Part shown: positions 1-13,900 of the stretch, piece after piece
Numbering within the stretch: the first letter of the stretch is position 1
Layout: each line of letters opens with the position of its first letter
Position numbers and translations under genes: made by a program
Source of the DNA: Camelus ferus
Lineage: Eukaryota
Assembly: GCF_009834535.1 (NCBI RefSeq)
Contig: NC_045711.1
Coordinates: 37,138,001 to 37,202,000, forward strand
Length of the DNA stretch: 64,000 nt
Direction: 5' to 3'
Notes under the pieces: model-generated
Seen by the model: only the letters and a program-made list of their open reading frames with translations
Told to the model about the DNA's origin: nothing
The model's database searches: none

Positions 1-720
1 TCATCACCAATAATGGGACAGGTGACATCAAGGACCTCCTGATGGGATGGATTAATAAGAACATAATTATACTTTTGCAATATTCCTGCCCAAAATAACC
101 TGAACCTAATCATGAGGAAACATCAGACAAACCCTAAATTAAAGATAGTCTTTAAAATACATGGCTTATGGCGGGCTTGTAGCTCAGTGGTAGAGTGCAT
201 GCCTGGCATGCACAAAGTCCCAGGTTCAATCCCCAGTACCTCCATTAAAAATAAATTTAAAAACCCCTAATTACCCCCCCAAATACATGGCTTATATTCT
301 TCAAAAACACCGATGTCATAAAAGATCAAAAAAGGTAAAAGAACAGTTCCAGTTAAAAAAGACTGAAGAGACATGAAAATTAAAGCTAGGCATCATCCCG
401 GGTTAAGGAAAAAAATTCTATAAAGGACATTATTGAGACAATTAGTGAGACTAAGGTCTGGAGAAAAAGATCTGTACCAAACATTGTAGCAGTGTTTAAT
501 TCCACGATTCTGCTGAGTGTACTGTGGCTATAAGTGAATGTCTTTTCTCTTAGGATATACGTTCTGAAATATTTTCTTTTCAAATGGTTTATGGGGAAAA
601 CACACACGTGTGAGTGTATATGTACATGTACAGAGAGAGAATTACAAAGCAACCGAGGGTGAGCTCTTTGTACTACTGTAACTTTTCAATAACTTTGAAA
701 TCATTCCAAAATGAAGTCAA
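1..720 (+). mobile_element. Old L1 3'UTR remnant (L1MC-like), interrupted by a SINE at 170-280; boundaries approximate
   Basis: Contains AACCTAATCATGAGGAAACATCAGACAAACCC, a segment I recognise from L1MC-type 3' ends; the mirror segment occurs inverted at about 15090-15140. Confidence 0.6.
170..280 (+). mobile_element. Camelid tRNA-Ala-derived SINE (Vic-1-like)
   Basis: tRNA-Ala(AGC)-like head (TAGCTCAGTGGTAGAG...GGTTCAATCCCC), A-rich plus CCTAATTACCCC tail, perfect 15-bp TSD AAATACATGGCTTAT at 155-169 and 281-295. Confidence 0.9.
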
Positions 721-1102
721 TTTTTAAAAAGGAAACTCTAGCTCCCTCTGCTGGCTATCTCACCAACAACATGAACGAGGTTAGCCAAATTACCCAATCT
801 TTCTATTTAGAAATATAAAAGATACCCTGAGGCTTTTAACTCCAATCTCTCTCAAGGTTAGACAAATTTATTAACATTTAAAATCTATTTATTTGACTAA
901 ATTTTCCTCCCTCCCTCTTATTTACATTTGCCATTTTTGTGTTTCCCCAATGACAATGGGTTCTACCATTTTGAGCATCACTGGGCAGGGAGTGGGGACT
1001 CACTGAGAACTAATTTTGACCTTCATTTGCTGCCCTAATTTTAGAGCAAATGTGAGCCTTAATCACACAGACTCTCATGATCTCTACCTCACAGCGCATT
1101 CA

Positions 1103-1285
<183 letters not shown>

Positions 1286-2143
1286 TTAGGATGAGGCAAA
1301 ATTAAGTTGTATGTGGTCTGAAGGACACCACAAAGCATGTGAACCCACAAATATTCCCTTTCTCTTCTCTCCACAGCTCCCTAAAGTGTATAAAATTCCA
1401 CATTAGAGTCACATCCTTGGACTATGCTTTTATACAGGAGGCTCCCAAACATAAAAAGAAGGAAGCGTTTTACCAAGGAGGGCATAAAGTATTCACACGC
1501 ACACATTAGCTTAGTCTAATCAGCAGTGAGCAGAGTTCTGTGGGACAGAAGACAATTTGGAGGCAGGAAAAAGGGCATAGGAAGGCCTGGAGCATGGGAG
1601 CCAGTTCCTGGCAAGGTGCTGCTGGGGGGTGCAGGTGGGGGGTCAGGGGCTGAGAGATATGAAGGCATCTGGCACCTGATGGGGAAAAGAAGGCCTATCT
1701 GTCAAAACTCACATTTTCCTATTTATAACTCTGCCCTGAGCTGGTCCTTTCCAGCTATGGGTGTGCACCCCTACAGTCTCCTTCAAAAGACCGAGAGCGC
1801 CTGAGGCCAGGACCGTATCTGACTCACCTCTGTTACCCCAGTGTCTAGAATGAGACCTGACACAAGTTGAAATGAATGAATTTCCCGAAATTTAAATATT
1901 CTAGAGCAGAGTCAAGAAAGGAATGAAATAGAAGGCCTGGAGCACAGTGATTACTAATTAACTAGTTAGAAGCAAAAGAGACAGTTAAAAATGAAAATTA
2001 TCTCAATGAAGGTGAAGGGAAGGTAAAAACAAAGACATAAGGCTTTGTTCTGTTCTGGATGTTCTGGATGTTCTGGAAAGAGCGGGAGCACAGGAAACAA
2101 ATAAGACAAGGTTCTGATGGTAAAAGGTAAAGGAATGTCCTAC

Positions 2144-2234
2144 CTGGAGTGTCCATGATATTGAAGAGGTAAGATTTTCCTTTGGTATCTGGCAAAACCA
2201 CCGTCACAGGAGTACTTTTGATGCCAACGCCTCT
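2144..2234 (-). CDS. EFTUD2: EFTUD2 exon 8, RGVGIKSTPVTVVLPDTKGKSYLFNIMDTPG
   Basis: 91 nt, AG/GT flanks, G2/G3 motifs (RGVGIK, DTPG). Confidence 0.98.
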
Positions 2235-2688
2235 CTGGAAGTCACACAGAGAGAGAGAATGATCAAGGCTTCTTTCTTTGCAAGAGGGGTTCACTCTGCT
2301 CTTGGGCTTTCCAGTTGCTAGTAAATTACCCTGATGTCTCCCCATGTAGGGGGTATGATTTTTATATAGGCCACTAACCTTGAAGAATGACCTTGAATAC
2401 AAACTATCTTGGTGTTAATCAGCATTGGTGAGGGGTGAGTTGGTTCAAATACAAAAAAGTAAAAATAAGAGATAAATGACCAAGCAAAGCAGTATTAAAC
2501 CTTAATAGAGAACCCAGGGTCCTAAAATCTTATCTTTCTCATACACTGTAAATAAAAACAATTAAGCATCATAAAAGTAAAAAAAAAGAAATCTGGGGCA
2601 TCTTAGGGTTTTTTCAAGTATTATAATAGCTGTAACAGGAAATAAGTATTAAAAATTTCCCATCAAAAAAATAAACAAACAAATAGCA

Positions 2689-2805
2689 GGGAAGTGGGTA
2701 TAGCTCAGTGACAGAGCGCATGCTTAGCATACACAAGTCCTGGGTTTAATCTCCAGTACCTCCGTTAAAAAAGAAGTGAATGAATAAATGGAAAAAAAAA
2801 AAAAA
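2689..2805 (+). mobile_element. Camelid tRNA-Ala-derived SINE
   Basis: GGGTATAGCTCAGTGACAGAGCGCATGCTTAGCAT...CAGTACCTCC head plus A-rich tail. Confidence 0.85.
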
Positions 2806-3453
2806 CCAATAGCTTACATTTGTTGACTTTTTAACATATGCCAGCACTGTTCAAAGTTCCTTTGGCTAATCATACTTATATACTCATAGTCTATGTGGTC
2901 TTTTAAGAGAGACAGAAATAAAAGCGAGGGGGAAGGAAGAAGGGTGAGAGGGGAAGGATAAAGATCCAGATGGAAAGAAAAACCAACCAGTTGGAATGGG
3001 AAAGACAGAGATGTATGCTCACTTCTTTATACAGAAAAAGAAGCAGAAAGACACATGAACCCATTCCCAAAGAGAAGCTTCTCCCAGAAAGATCAACATA
3101 CGGATGAAGTCATCCTATAGATTTTAAGGATGATGTCATTTGAGCTTCTGCATAAATTACAGCATAAACGTATATATCACTTCTTACTATTTATCCTATC
3201 AAGCTAAATTAAATCCAGTCAAGAATAGGAGGTTCCCCTCTTTTACCCTACAGTTTGCATACCCATTTCTCTTTCAAGTTATAGGTCATGGGATGACTGG
3301 GAGAAGCAGGGAGATATAGAAGTGAGGGGTGGGAATGAGAGAGGAGGGTGAGATATGGACCAGAATTTTATCATAAAGGCTCCCTTACATTCCCTACAAA
3401 ACTACTACTGCAGGGCCTGGTGTGGACAGCTGGATTTCCAAAGGCACACTTAC

Positions 3454-3489
3454 CTCTTGCTCTGTGAAGAGGATGTCAGTGTAGCACAG
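3454..3489 (-). CDS. EFTUD2: EFTUD2 exon 7, LCYTDILFTEQE
   Basis: 36 nt, AG/GT flanks, in phase with neighbouring exons. Confidence 0.97.
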
Positions 3490-4229
3490 CTGGGAAAAAA
3501 AAAAAAAAGAACTGTTGTTACCACCTGAATTCAGACTCCTCTCCCACACAAAAACCATCAATCACTTTCCCTCACTACTCCCCAACTTGAGGGTTTCTGC
3601 CTCAAGAGGAGAATAGATGGAAGACAACAGAGTGTCCCTACAGAAATGCCAGACAATGAGACCAGATGCTCCTGGATGTGTTTAGGGGAGTGGGGGAAGT
3701 CACTAGAGGCCAGGTATAGCTGAAGAGCTAAATTATAACTAATGCACCAAATTCTTAACAGCAGTAAAGGGAGACACACCCAGCCTTCATGGAACCCCCT
3801 GCATGTCAAAACAAGTCAATCTGGTGGAGACTGAACATTTATTGCACTGAGACTTGTAGCCACACTTGGCCTCATTCACAGGCATTTAAATTTATCATGA
3901 AAACAACAAGGTCCAATTGTATCATATTTATAGAGTAGCTATTAATACTGTGACAGGAAAGAATAGGCTATAAAAGTCAGGATATATCAGAACAGAGGAG
4001 GGATCCCAAGTGAAGAACAGAGCATCCCAAAATACTGCAGGTTAACATTCTCTATGTTCCTAAGAAAGTTGAAATTATTTTTTATTATTATTATTATTAA
4101 TATTAATATTAATAGAAATTACAACAATGAAGTAACACGTTGTAGACATCATTATTTATAATGAGAGTGGGAAGGTGGAAAGAAGGAGAGGGAAGGAGAG
4201 AGACATCCCTGTATATTTCAAATGGTTCA

Positions 4230-4343
<114 letters not shown>

Positions 4344-4649
4344 TTAAATTCTGCCAGTGATGGAGGACAATCTATTCTACCCTTCCCCCAGTTCCCAATA
4401 CACCACATAATTTAGGGATAAGGAAAGGAAGAGGAAAGCAGGGAGGATTATGGGACAGCAAAGAATGAACAATGAAGCCACAGGATTACTTTCAAATGAA
4501 AGATGAAATCTTTCTTGGACAAGCATCCCCCAGGAAATGAAAACTTATAAAATCAAAGTAAGGCTCAACTGCCGTCTTCTGTCCAGATGTAGACACAAGG
4601 CTCAGGCATGCAAGTGGTTAGCTTTCCATCCACTGCTCGGGAAAAGCTA

Positions 4650-5036
<387 letters not shown>

Positions 5037-6155
5037 CTACATCTACCCAGTTCTGGCTTTGGGAATGTGACACATTTATCCATGAGGTGGCACAATGTGA
5101 AATGTCACGGAGATTATAACAGGAAAATAATGAAATTTAAAAAAGCAAACAAGAAGATAAAAAAAGCCCAGTACCAGAGCACACATACACGAGTACTGTT
5201 CCATTCAAAACATTCAGGCTAGACGTTACACATTTATTCCACTGATGCCAAAGGGCATTTCAAATCACTTTGGGAGCTTCTCTTTTGAAACTGCCAACAG
5301 AGCTAGTTACAAAGGCTTTCAAGAAAACCCCATCTCATTAATGATGTAGAGCAGAAGTTCCACCTCTATCAAAACCAACACCACCTTTCTTGCTTATCAG
5401 CTGCATTACTTATGGCAAATAGCCTTCAGATAACTTTTGGCTCTTCAAAAAAATCAACCCCAGTTTTCAAAAATTGGAGATTTTTAAAAATCACCATTGA
5501 GAACAGAAAGGAATATGAAGCAAGTTCTGAAGACAACTGAAAGGGCATTTTTAAAAATGTATGAAGGATGGCAGGTGAGCTGACCATTTCAGAAGGGACC
5601 TCACTTTTTCAGACATATAAGATGTCAATATGTTTAAACAAAAAAGAAGTTTCATTATCTAAAAATGGGTCACAAGCACCTCAATATCTGAGGGTCTTAT
5701 AAGTGCATTTCATCAATGAAAATATTTTCAAAAACAGTTTTCAGTATGAAGAGTCTAAATTAATCTACACATATCTACCTACTTGTGCCTCCTTTTCAAA
5801 ATAAAAAGATGTTATGGTCCCCAAACACTTAGCAATCTTACTGAGTCAAAACAGGTTCTGGTAGCCCCAACACAATACCCAGTTCTGTCTCAAAGGCTGG
5901 CTTCCAACACCAAATTAAAGGCTTGGAAGAAGAAAAACCAGCTGAGATCTGGATGTGAGCCAAGAAGAAAGTTAAGCTTGAGCCTAAATATCCCAGCAGC
6001 CACATATAAATTGAAGGAAACTTTAGGCAAATGTAGGGAGAGATTTTGCTTTCATAATAATTCACCGGCTATTGCAACCACAAACCACCTCTTACCTCCA
6101 TGAAAAAATAAACCCACACTATTTGTGCAGATAGGCTGCAAGACCATATAACTTA

Positions 6156-6311
<156 letters not shown>

Positions 6312-6544
6312 TTAGACTGAGCTTTCAGAATGTATGATACATGACATCAATTTCTGTTCTTCTCAAGGACCACTCATGTTGAGAAAATTTTGGAAATGCT
6401 CTTTGGCACAAGACAGTGAAGGGTCTTGAATTGTGGACTGGGGAGTTTGGACATCCTTTTGTGGAAGGAAGGGAGAAGACTGGATACAGGATGAGGTCAG
6501 CGTCATTACAAAAACCTCTCCTTGTATTTATAAAATGCAACTAC

Positions 6545-6690
6545 TTTCCAGAAGACCAATGAAAATTATTAAAGGACTGGAAAACAAGCACTGTGAGGAT
6601 TGGTTAAAGGAGCTAGTGTTATTCAGATGGGAAAACACAGACCAGAGGGAGAACTTAAAGAGTCTTTAAGCACCTAAATGGGTATCAGAT
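6545..6690 (+). mobile_element. L3/CR1 LINE remnant
   Basis: Degenerate translation MKIIKGLENKHCEDWLKELVLFRWE resembles the end of CR1/L3 ORF2. Confidence 0.6.
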
Positions 6691-6871
6691 AAAGAAATAA
6701 CTGTTATTTGCTTGGTAACAAGCTACGAGTTTTACTGAATATAAAACAGGGTTTATTGAATCTCAATCCAAAATTAGTACCTGAGCAAAAAACTCATCAG
6801 TTCATTCACTGAACTTTCAAGACTAGTCATGGCTATGAAATAAAGTTTTCTGGTTTCAATTTCACCTCTCA

Positions 6872-7060
<189 letters not shown>

Positions 7061-7585
7061 CTAAAAGCAAGAGAGGGAAGGAGGCTGTAAGAGGGGTGCA
7101 CTTTTCCTGCTCAATGACTGACTACAGTACACAAGTTAAAAGCAATGACTTGACAGCTCCTTGAGTTCCACGCTAAAAAGTCAGTGGGGCAGCTTCTACT
7201 CTTGTGTGATCTTTCACAAAGAGAATAGTGTAGCCCTGGCTATGGATGGCTCTCCTGATTCAAACTGGCCCTTTCCTAAATATGGGTCATAAGTTGATGG
7301 AGATTGAAGAAAACAAATGGTTTATCACAACACACACTTTTAAGGAAAAAAAAAATTTCCTCCAAGGGCAGAAACCAGAGGGAGAAACTGGGAACAAGTC
7401 CATACCTTTAAAATTTTCACTTAGTGACAATATTGTTTTTGAAAAATACNNNNNNNNNNNNNNNNNNNNNNNNNNNNNNNNNNNNNNNNNNNNNNNNNNN
7501 NNNNNNNNNNNNNNNNNNNNNNNNNNNNNNNNNNNNNNNNNNNNNNNNNNNNNNNNNNNNNNNNNNNNNNNNNNNNNNNNNNNNN

Positions 7586-8140
7586 GTTACCATACGACCC
7601 AGAAATTCTGCTCTTAGGTATATACCCAAGACAAACAACAGCTTATGTTCACACAACTTAAACAAATGTTCGCTAGTAGCATTACTCACAGTAGTCAAAA
7701 GGTAGAAACAACCCAAATGTCAATCAACTAATGAATGAATAGATAAAATGTGGTACATCCATACACTGGAATATTATTTTGTAATAAAAAGAAATGAAAT
7801 ACGTTTTCATGCTGCAGCATGGATGAACCTAAANNNNNNNNNNNNNNNNNNNNNNNNNNNNNNNNNNNNNNNNNNNNNNNNNNNNNNNNNNNNNNNNNNN
7901 NNNNNNNNNNNNNNNNNNNNNNNNNNNNNNNNNNNNNNNNNNNNNNNNNNNNNNNNNNNNNNNNNNNTGAGAGGCAATGGCTAAGGGGTAAGGGGTTGCT
8001 TTCTGGGATGACAAAAATATTCTACAACTGACTGTGATGATGGTTGCAGAACTGTGAATATACTAAAAGCCAGTAAAATGTACATGTTAAATGAGTGAAT
8101 TGCATGGTATGTGACTTATACTTCAATAAAACGGTTAAAT
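7586..8140 (+). mobile_element. L1 (L1MB/MC-like) 3' end fragment with two N-runs
   Basis: Typical ORF2-end/3'UTR text (GTTACCATACGACCCAG, AAATGTGGTACATCCATAC, GCAGCATGGATGAACC) ending in TTCAATAAA. Confidence 0.8.
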
Positions 8141-8644
8141 AACTGTAACCTGCATTTTTCTAACACACAGGTAATAAGAACACAGACAAGCAAAGAATAA
8201 AATTGACAGCACATATATTTATACCTTATATTTTGGGATGACTATGGTCTACCACGTACCACAACTTGTTTAACAATTCCCTATTCTCTAACACAGAGGT
8301 GTTTCTAATTTCTAGCACTATAAACATCACTGCAATGGGTACTTTTTGTACACCCATCTCTGTAAGTATCTCTCATTATTTCTTTAGGATAAATCCCAGA
8401 AGTAAAACTGTGGGGCCAGAGGATGTATATGCACCCCAAAGGCTTTGATGTGTATTTCCACCCTTGGAAATGCCTCATCAGCACACTCGCAGGAGTAGCA
8501 CATGAGAGCATAACACATTCTGGAGTTGGACGAGAGGTCATATGGCCTAACAGTCATTCATTCAGCAGACACCTACCCTGCCAGGCATGCTTCTGGACAC
8601 TGCCCTAAAACTCCTCATACACTGAGAATCCTGTTAGATGTGAG

Positions 8645-8753
8645 GTGTCTGTTGGGTTTGTTTGTTTAGTTTGTTTACCAGAGGTACTGGGAATGGAACC
8701 CAGGACCTCATGCATGCTGAGCATGTGCTCTACCTTGAGTTATATCCTCCCCC
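8645..8753 (-). mobile_element. Camelid tRNA-Ala-derived SINE
   Basis: Reverse-complement head at 8681-8753, (TTTG)n tail, 8-bp TSD GATGTGAG at 8637-8644 and 8755-8762. Confidence 0.85.
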
Positions 8754-9064
8754 TGATGTGAGCTCTTTAAGAGCTATTTATCTTGGTGTCCTCAGTGCAC
8801 AGCACGGTGCCTGGCATACAGCAGACCCCGTCAAATGAATGAATTCTTTCAACATATGTCTGCCCTAATGAATACTTTCAGTAACACAGCACTCACAAGA
8901 CAGCCCATTTCCCTGATGGAAAGTGAGTCTTTGTAAATGACTTCAAACTTACCTCTTTATATATTAATCCACGGTCATAAGCAATATTGAACAAAGCTAT
9001 GCCCTCTACTGCTAAAACATCTTTCAAATAATTAAAAGCAGCTATTGTTCTAAAACATCCTGGT

Positions 9065-10800
9065 TTATTCACTTGCTCAAAAAATATTAAGCACTTAATA
9101 TGTGCTAGGCACTGTTCTAGGTCTTGGTACAATAGCAATGAAAAAAGAGAGGTGATCCCATCTGAGCAAAAATGTGATGGGAGAGTAAGCTCTACACGTG
9201 GTGGGGGGAGCATTCCAGTTGGCTGAGTGGGCGAATGTGCAAAGGCCCTGAGCCAAGGACAGGCTGGCAACTTTGAGGATTAGCAAGGAAGCCAGTATGG
9301 TGAGAGTTCAGTAAATAACAGGGAGAAGAGTACAAGCTGAGGTCACATACAGGGTGATCATGTAGGATCTTCTGGATCATTCTAAGTAATTTAACTTCAT
9401 TCTATGGCAATGGTTCTTAATAGGGGCAACTTTGCCTCCCAGGGAAATTTGGCAATGTCTGAAGACATTCTTGGTTGTCAAAACAGGGTATGCGTGTGCA
9501 GGACCTGATGGGTAGAAGCCAGAGATGCTGCTAAACATCCTACAAGGCATAGGACAGCCCCCACAACAAAGAATTATCTGGCCTCAAATGTCAATGGTAG
9601 TGAGGTTAAGAAGCCCTGTTTCAGCAGTTCTGAGCAGAGGAGTAATATGATCAGGTTTTTGTTTTAAAATACACTGTGGTTCCCACACCAAGAACATACC
9701 AGAAGGAGGGAGATTAGTTAGGAGGTTACTGCAGTGATTCAGGGAAGAGATGGCAGTGATAGTGACTTGCACCAGAGAAGTAGATGTGAAGGTGGTAAGG
9801 AGAGGCTGGATTCCACATAGATTTTGAAAGTAGAGTCAAAAACGTATTCTGATGAATTCAAAGTAGGGTTGAAAAAAAAAGAGGCAAGGTTTTTGACCTC
9901 AGCACCTGAGGAACGGCATTGTTGTTACTGAGACAATGAAGACTGTAAGAGCAGGTTGGAGGCAGGAGAAGAGGACAGGGGATGGGAAGCTCTGTGCTTA
10001 GCCTTAGGTATGTTAAGTTTGAGATACCATGTAGGAAGTTGGACATATAAATCTGAGGTTTAAAAAAAAGGTCCAGGTTGGAGATACAAATTTCAGTGAA
10101 TAGATGGCATCTGATATACTGGATGAGACCAAGGGAGTGCCTATAGATAGAGAACAGGTATTAGGAATGGAGCCTTGGGGCGTGTTGACAGTTAGAGGTC
10201 AGGGTGATGTGGAGGAACTGGCAGGAAAGACTGAAAAGGACCGGTCAGAGAAGAGAAGGAAACCCAAGGGAAGAGAGTATTTTAAGGAGGGAGTGATCAG
10301 CTGGGTCAGGTGCTACAGACAGGTCAAGAAAGATAAAGACTGGGTCTGGGACAGAGGTCACTGAGGACCTTGACAAGAGCAGTCTCTGTGGAATGGGAGA
10401 GGCAAAAGGACAGAAGCGGATTGAGGGAAAACGGGAGGAGAGGATCTGGAGGCAGTAAGTAACAACTCTTTTGAGATGTGCTGCACTGGGAAGTGGGGAA
10501 ATGGGAGGTAACTGAAGGGGGACATGGGGTCAAGAGAGGATTTTATGATGAAAAAACAGCAGTCTGTATGCTGATGGGGATGATCTAGTAGAGGGGAAAA
10601 TGACAACATGGGACACAGAGAGAACTGCTGGGGTGAACATCTTGAGTAAATGAGAAGAGATGGGATCTAGTTTCTAGCAGAAAACATGAACAAATCACCC
10701 ATAAGAACAGGAGGGAAGGTATGTGGTACAGACTCAGGGACGTGGGGAGGTGTGGTGGTGGAGGCTTGCTTTTTCCTTCACCCAAATTCCAGCATGTCAA
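9065..10800 (-). mobile_element. L2 LINE remnant, interrupted by MER20; boundaries approximate
   Basis: Inverted L2 3' signature (ATTCAC...AATATT...TGTGCTAGGCACTGTTCTAGG) followed by typical purine-rich L2 body. Confidence 0.75.
9408..9618 (+). mobile_element. MER20 hAT-Charlie DNA transposon, near full length
   Basis: Ends CAATGGTTCTTAA...AAGAAGCCCTG; internal GATGCTGCTAAACATCCTACAA and AAAGAATTATCTGGCC match the MER20 consensus as I recall it. Confidence 0.9.
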
Positions 10801-11619
10801 CTTCTTTCTTAAGAAGAACACAAACTCTCCAGTAGTGAGCTGACTGGCTACCTCCCACCATCTTTACACTCTACTTCCATTAATGTGGCCTAAGATTATA
10901 TTAGCTCTTTTGGCAGCCATTCATCTCCTACTGCTGATGGCTCCAAGACAGCTATCAAGCCAGCTTCCTCCGGCTCTATACTGCTGAATGCATTTTGAGT
11001 CCAATTGTAGGGTTTTATGTAATAATTTCCACCTGTAATTATCTCTACCTGAGTGTCCTGACAGTAGCTCAAACACGACAAGTCTAAAATAAGACTAAGC
11101 AAGCATCCTTTTATCATTCCTTTTGTCTGTTAATAACCAGTGTTCGTCTGCATCTCAGCTCCCTTCACTCAAACAATGGCCCAACTCTACATCCTTCCAC
11201 TGTGATGAACTTCTGGCTGGTCTCCAAGCCTCCCTACCCTCCCTTCACTGAAGGAAGGGTCCCAGCATCTTGCTTTGATCATGCCATCCCTTACTCCCAG
11301 CTATCCACTCTAGGATTTCTATAGTCTGGCCCCTTCACCTCCACTTCACACCCACAGCTGTCCTCCAGGGACTGCACTCCAGCAAACAGGAGGAGAAAAC
11401 ATTTTCTCTTAACACACAACTTTTGGGCCCCTGCTCACTCCATTCCTTTCTAGAATGTCCTTCCATCTTTCCTGTCTCCATTATTAAAATTCTATGCATC
11501 TCCTTACTGTTACATACCTCAATAAAAAAGTTTTAAAAAATCTATGCGTCCTCTGAGGACTAGGAGGTTATAGGAACTCTCATCCTGCTGGAAGGAGCGT
11601 GAGCAGGAATAGTGCAGTC

Positions 11620-12460
11620 ATGCTGAAGAGTAATCTGACAGTATAAACACATTAAGTATATACACGAGCCTATGATCAGCAACTCTGCTTTTGGAATATA
11701 ACCCAGAGAAACGTCACAGGGTGCATAAAGGGATATATCTGAGAATATTCACTGCAGTATCACTTGGGGTGAGGGGAGGTTGGTGGTAGGTAACCTGGGT
11801 GATGCACACCAGGGAGAACTGAGCAGCAAACCAGATACCACAAACTAGATGTACACACAGCAACAGAGATGGAACCTAAAATGCATCACTCACCATGAGT
11901 TTGAGTGGCAAAAATAAGAAACAGAATGATGCAGATTAACACGATACCATTTGCTTAAATTAAAAATACACACACAATACAACTCTACATATTTCACAAC
12001 TCATACAAACAAAAAAGCATACACACATTAGAATTACTATGGTAAAAGGTGTGAGGATGAAATAAATAATAATTAGTGCGTTAATTAAACAAGGGCAGAG
12101 CCTTGCATGAGCACTACTACTGAGGAGCTTGGACTAGCGTATGATTAACAACCCTCTGAACTGAGATGAAAACATTCACACATTGCTTAACCATTCCTTT
12201 TGTTTTCTTTTGTTTTTGTTGTTGTTAACAGCTTTAGTGAGATATAAGTCACATTTCATACAATTCATGCATTTTAAATGCACAATTCAGTGGTTTTCAG
12301 TATACTGAGTTGTGCAACCATCACTACAATCAATTTTAGATCATTTTTATCACTCCCCCCCAAAAAAAACCCTGTTCTCTTTAGCCATTATCCCAATTTC
12401 TGCCCCAACCTGGTCAATTAATAATCAGTCTATTTTCTGCCTCTACGGATGCCTACCCAT
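11620..12460. mobile_element. Old L1 fragments (L1ME-like plus strand about 11620-12180; L1MB-like minus strand about 12200-12460)
   Basis: Recognisable L1 3'-end motifs such as GTTGTGCAACCATCACTACAATCAATTTTAGA. Confidence 0.6.
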
Positions 12461-12759
12461 TCTTCAGGTCCACTCTGATTGTCAGTTCCTCAGGTATCTT
12501 TCTTGGTCATTCCATCCAGGGATGCTCTCTCCCTATATATTATTACTAGGGATGTAAGTTAGTATCACTTAAATGGTGCCTGTCCTTCCCTGTTTCATGT
12601 TATAAACACTTTTGCACTTGATCTCCTCTGGCAAGCAGCAGGTTCCCGGAGGGCACGGATAGTGCCTTGGCTCTCTCTGCATCATGATTCCTCACAAACA
12701 GTAAGTGCTCTATAAATACGTAATGGATGAATTCTCGGACTTTATTTAGCCTGGAATTC

Positions 12760-13900
12760 AAGTTTATTGGGATCACTTTGAATTTAGATTCCCTTACCCA
12801 ATTTATAAGTTTATGTCATGTGTACATTTTATAAACCTCTCTTCTCTATCTTCACCGAAGTCATTGATAAAAAAAGGTTGAAAAGGGTGGGACCAAGCAC
12901 AGATGCCTGGGGCATGTCCCAAGAGCTCTGGCAGTGATCCAGTAACCAATACCCTTTGTGCCCCATGGTTCAATTGCTGGGATCTCTCCTAATTGTGTTG
13001 TCTCAGCCCATTTTCTTTCCACAAGAACATCATGAATTATATTGGTAACTTTGGGAAGGGGAGTGAAATGAAATGAGGAACAATGAAGACTTTCTATTTG
13101 GTTTGAATGAAAATGTATTCATGAATTACTTGTATAATGAAAAATAATCCCTTTAAAATATTTTATAAAAAGGTTTTATTAAAAAAGTCTTCAAATGCCT
13201 TGCCCAAATCAAGACACATAATGCCCACAGCATATCTAAGACCTATATCTCAATCTAGTAATCAAATCAAGAGAAATTTATTTTTATAAAACTCATAATA
13301 GCTTCCTAAGTGTTCAACAGTCATCTATTCTAAAATTCCTTCCATGATTTTTCCCATGGATGCACATCACACTCACTAGTCTGTGGTTTCTGAACACAGT
13401 GCTTTTTTGCTCTATCTTTGAAAAGGTGGACAAGTTGCCTGATTCACTTTCTAGCACCATGGCCACTTGTCATTTTCTTAAAAATGACCACAGTGGTTCT
13501 CAGCTTACCTCTGTAAGGTCACCCCCACCACCCTATCCAGGATATAACTCATCTGGACCTGGAGACCTGAACACATCTAAAGCTACAAGATACTCCCTTT
13601 TTGCCTCACCTATATGGCTTCAATTTTCTTTTCCCAGTGTTTATTCTATTTTTTTCTGGTTTGAAGGACATTCTTCCTGATGGAGAAGACAAATGGCAGC
13701 TAGGACTTTTGTCCCAATTTCCTGCTGTCCCATTAATATCAAGCCTCCATTGATGAGCACGGGGCCTATCTACTTCTTGTTCTATCTACATCTTGTTTTA
13801 AACATTTTCATCTTACAAAAGCCACTTTTGGTGTCTTTTGTAAGCCTCAAGCCATTCTGGACTTCATCCTCCACAGCTCTCCTGAAGAGGAGTCATAGGA
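12760..13900 (-). mobile_element. L3/CR1 LINE remnants; boundaries approximate
   Basis: Inverted CR1 ORF2-like text (ACTCACTAGTCTGTGGTTTC, CATCTGGACCTGGAGACCTGAAC). Confidence 0.55.
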
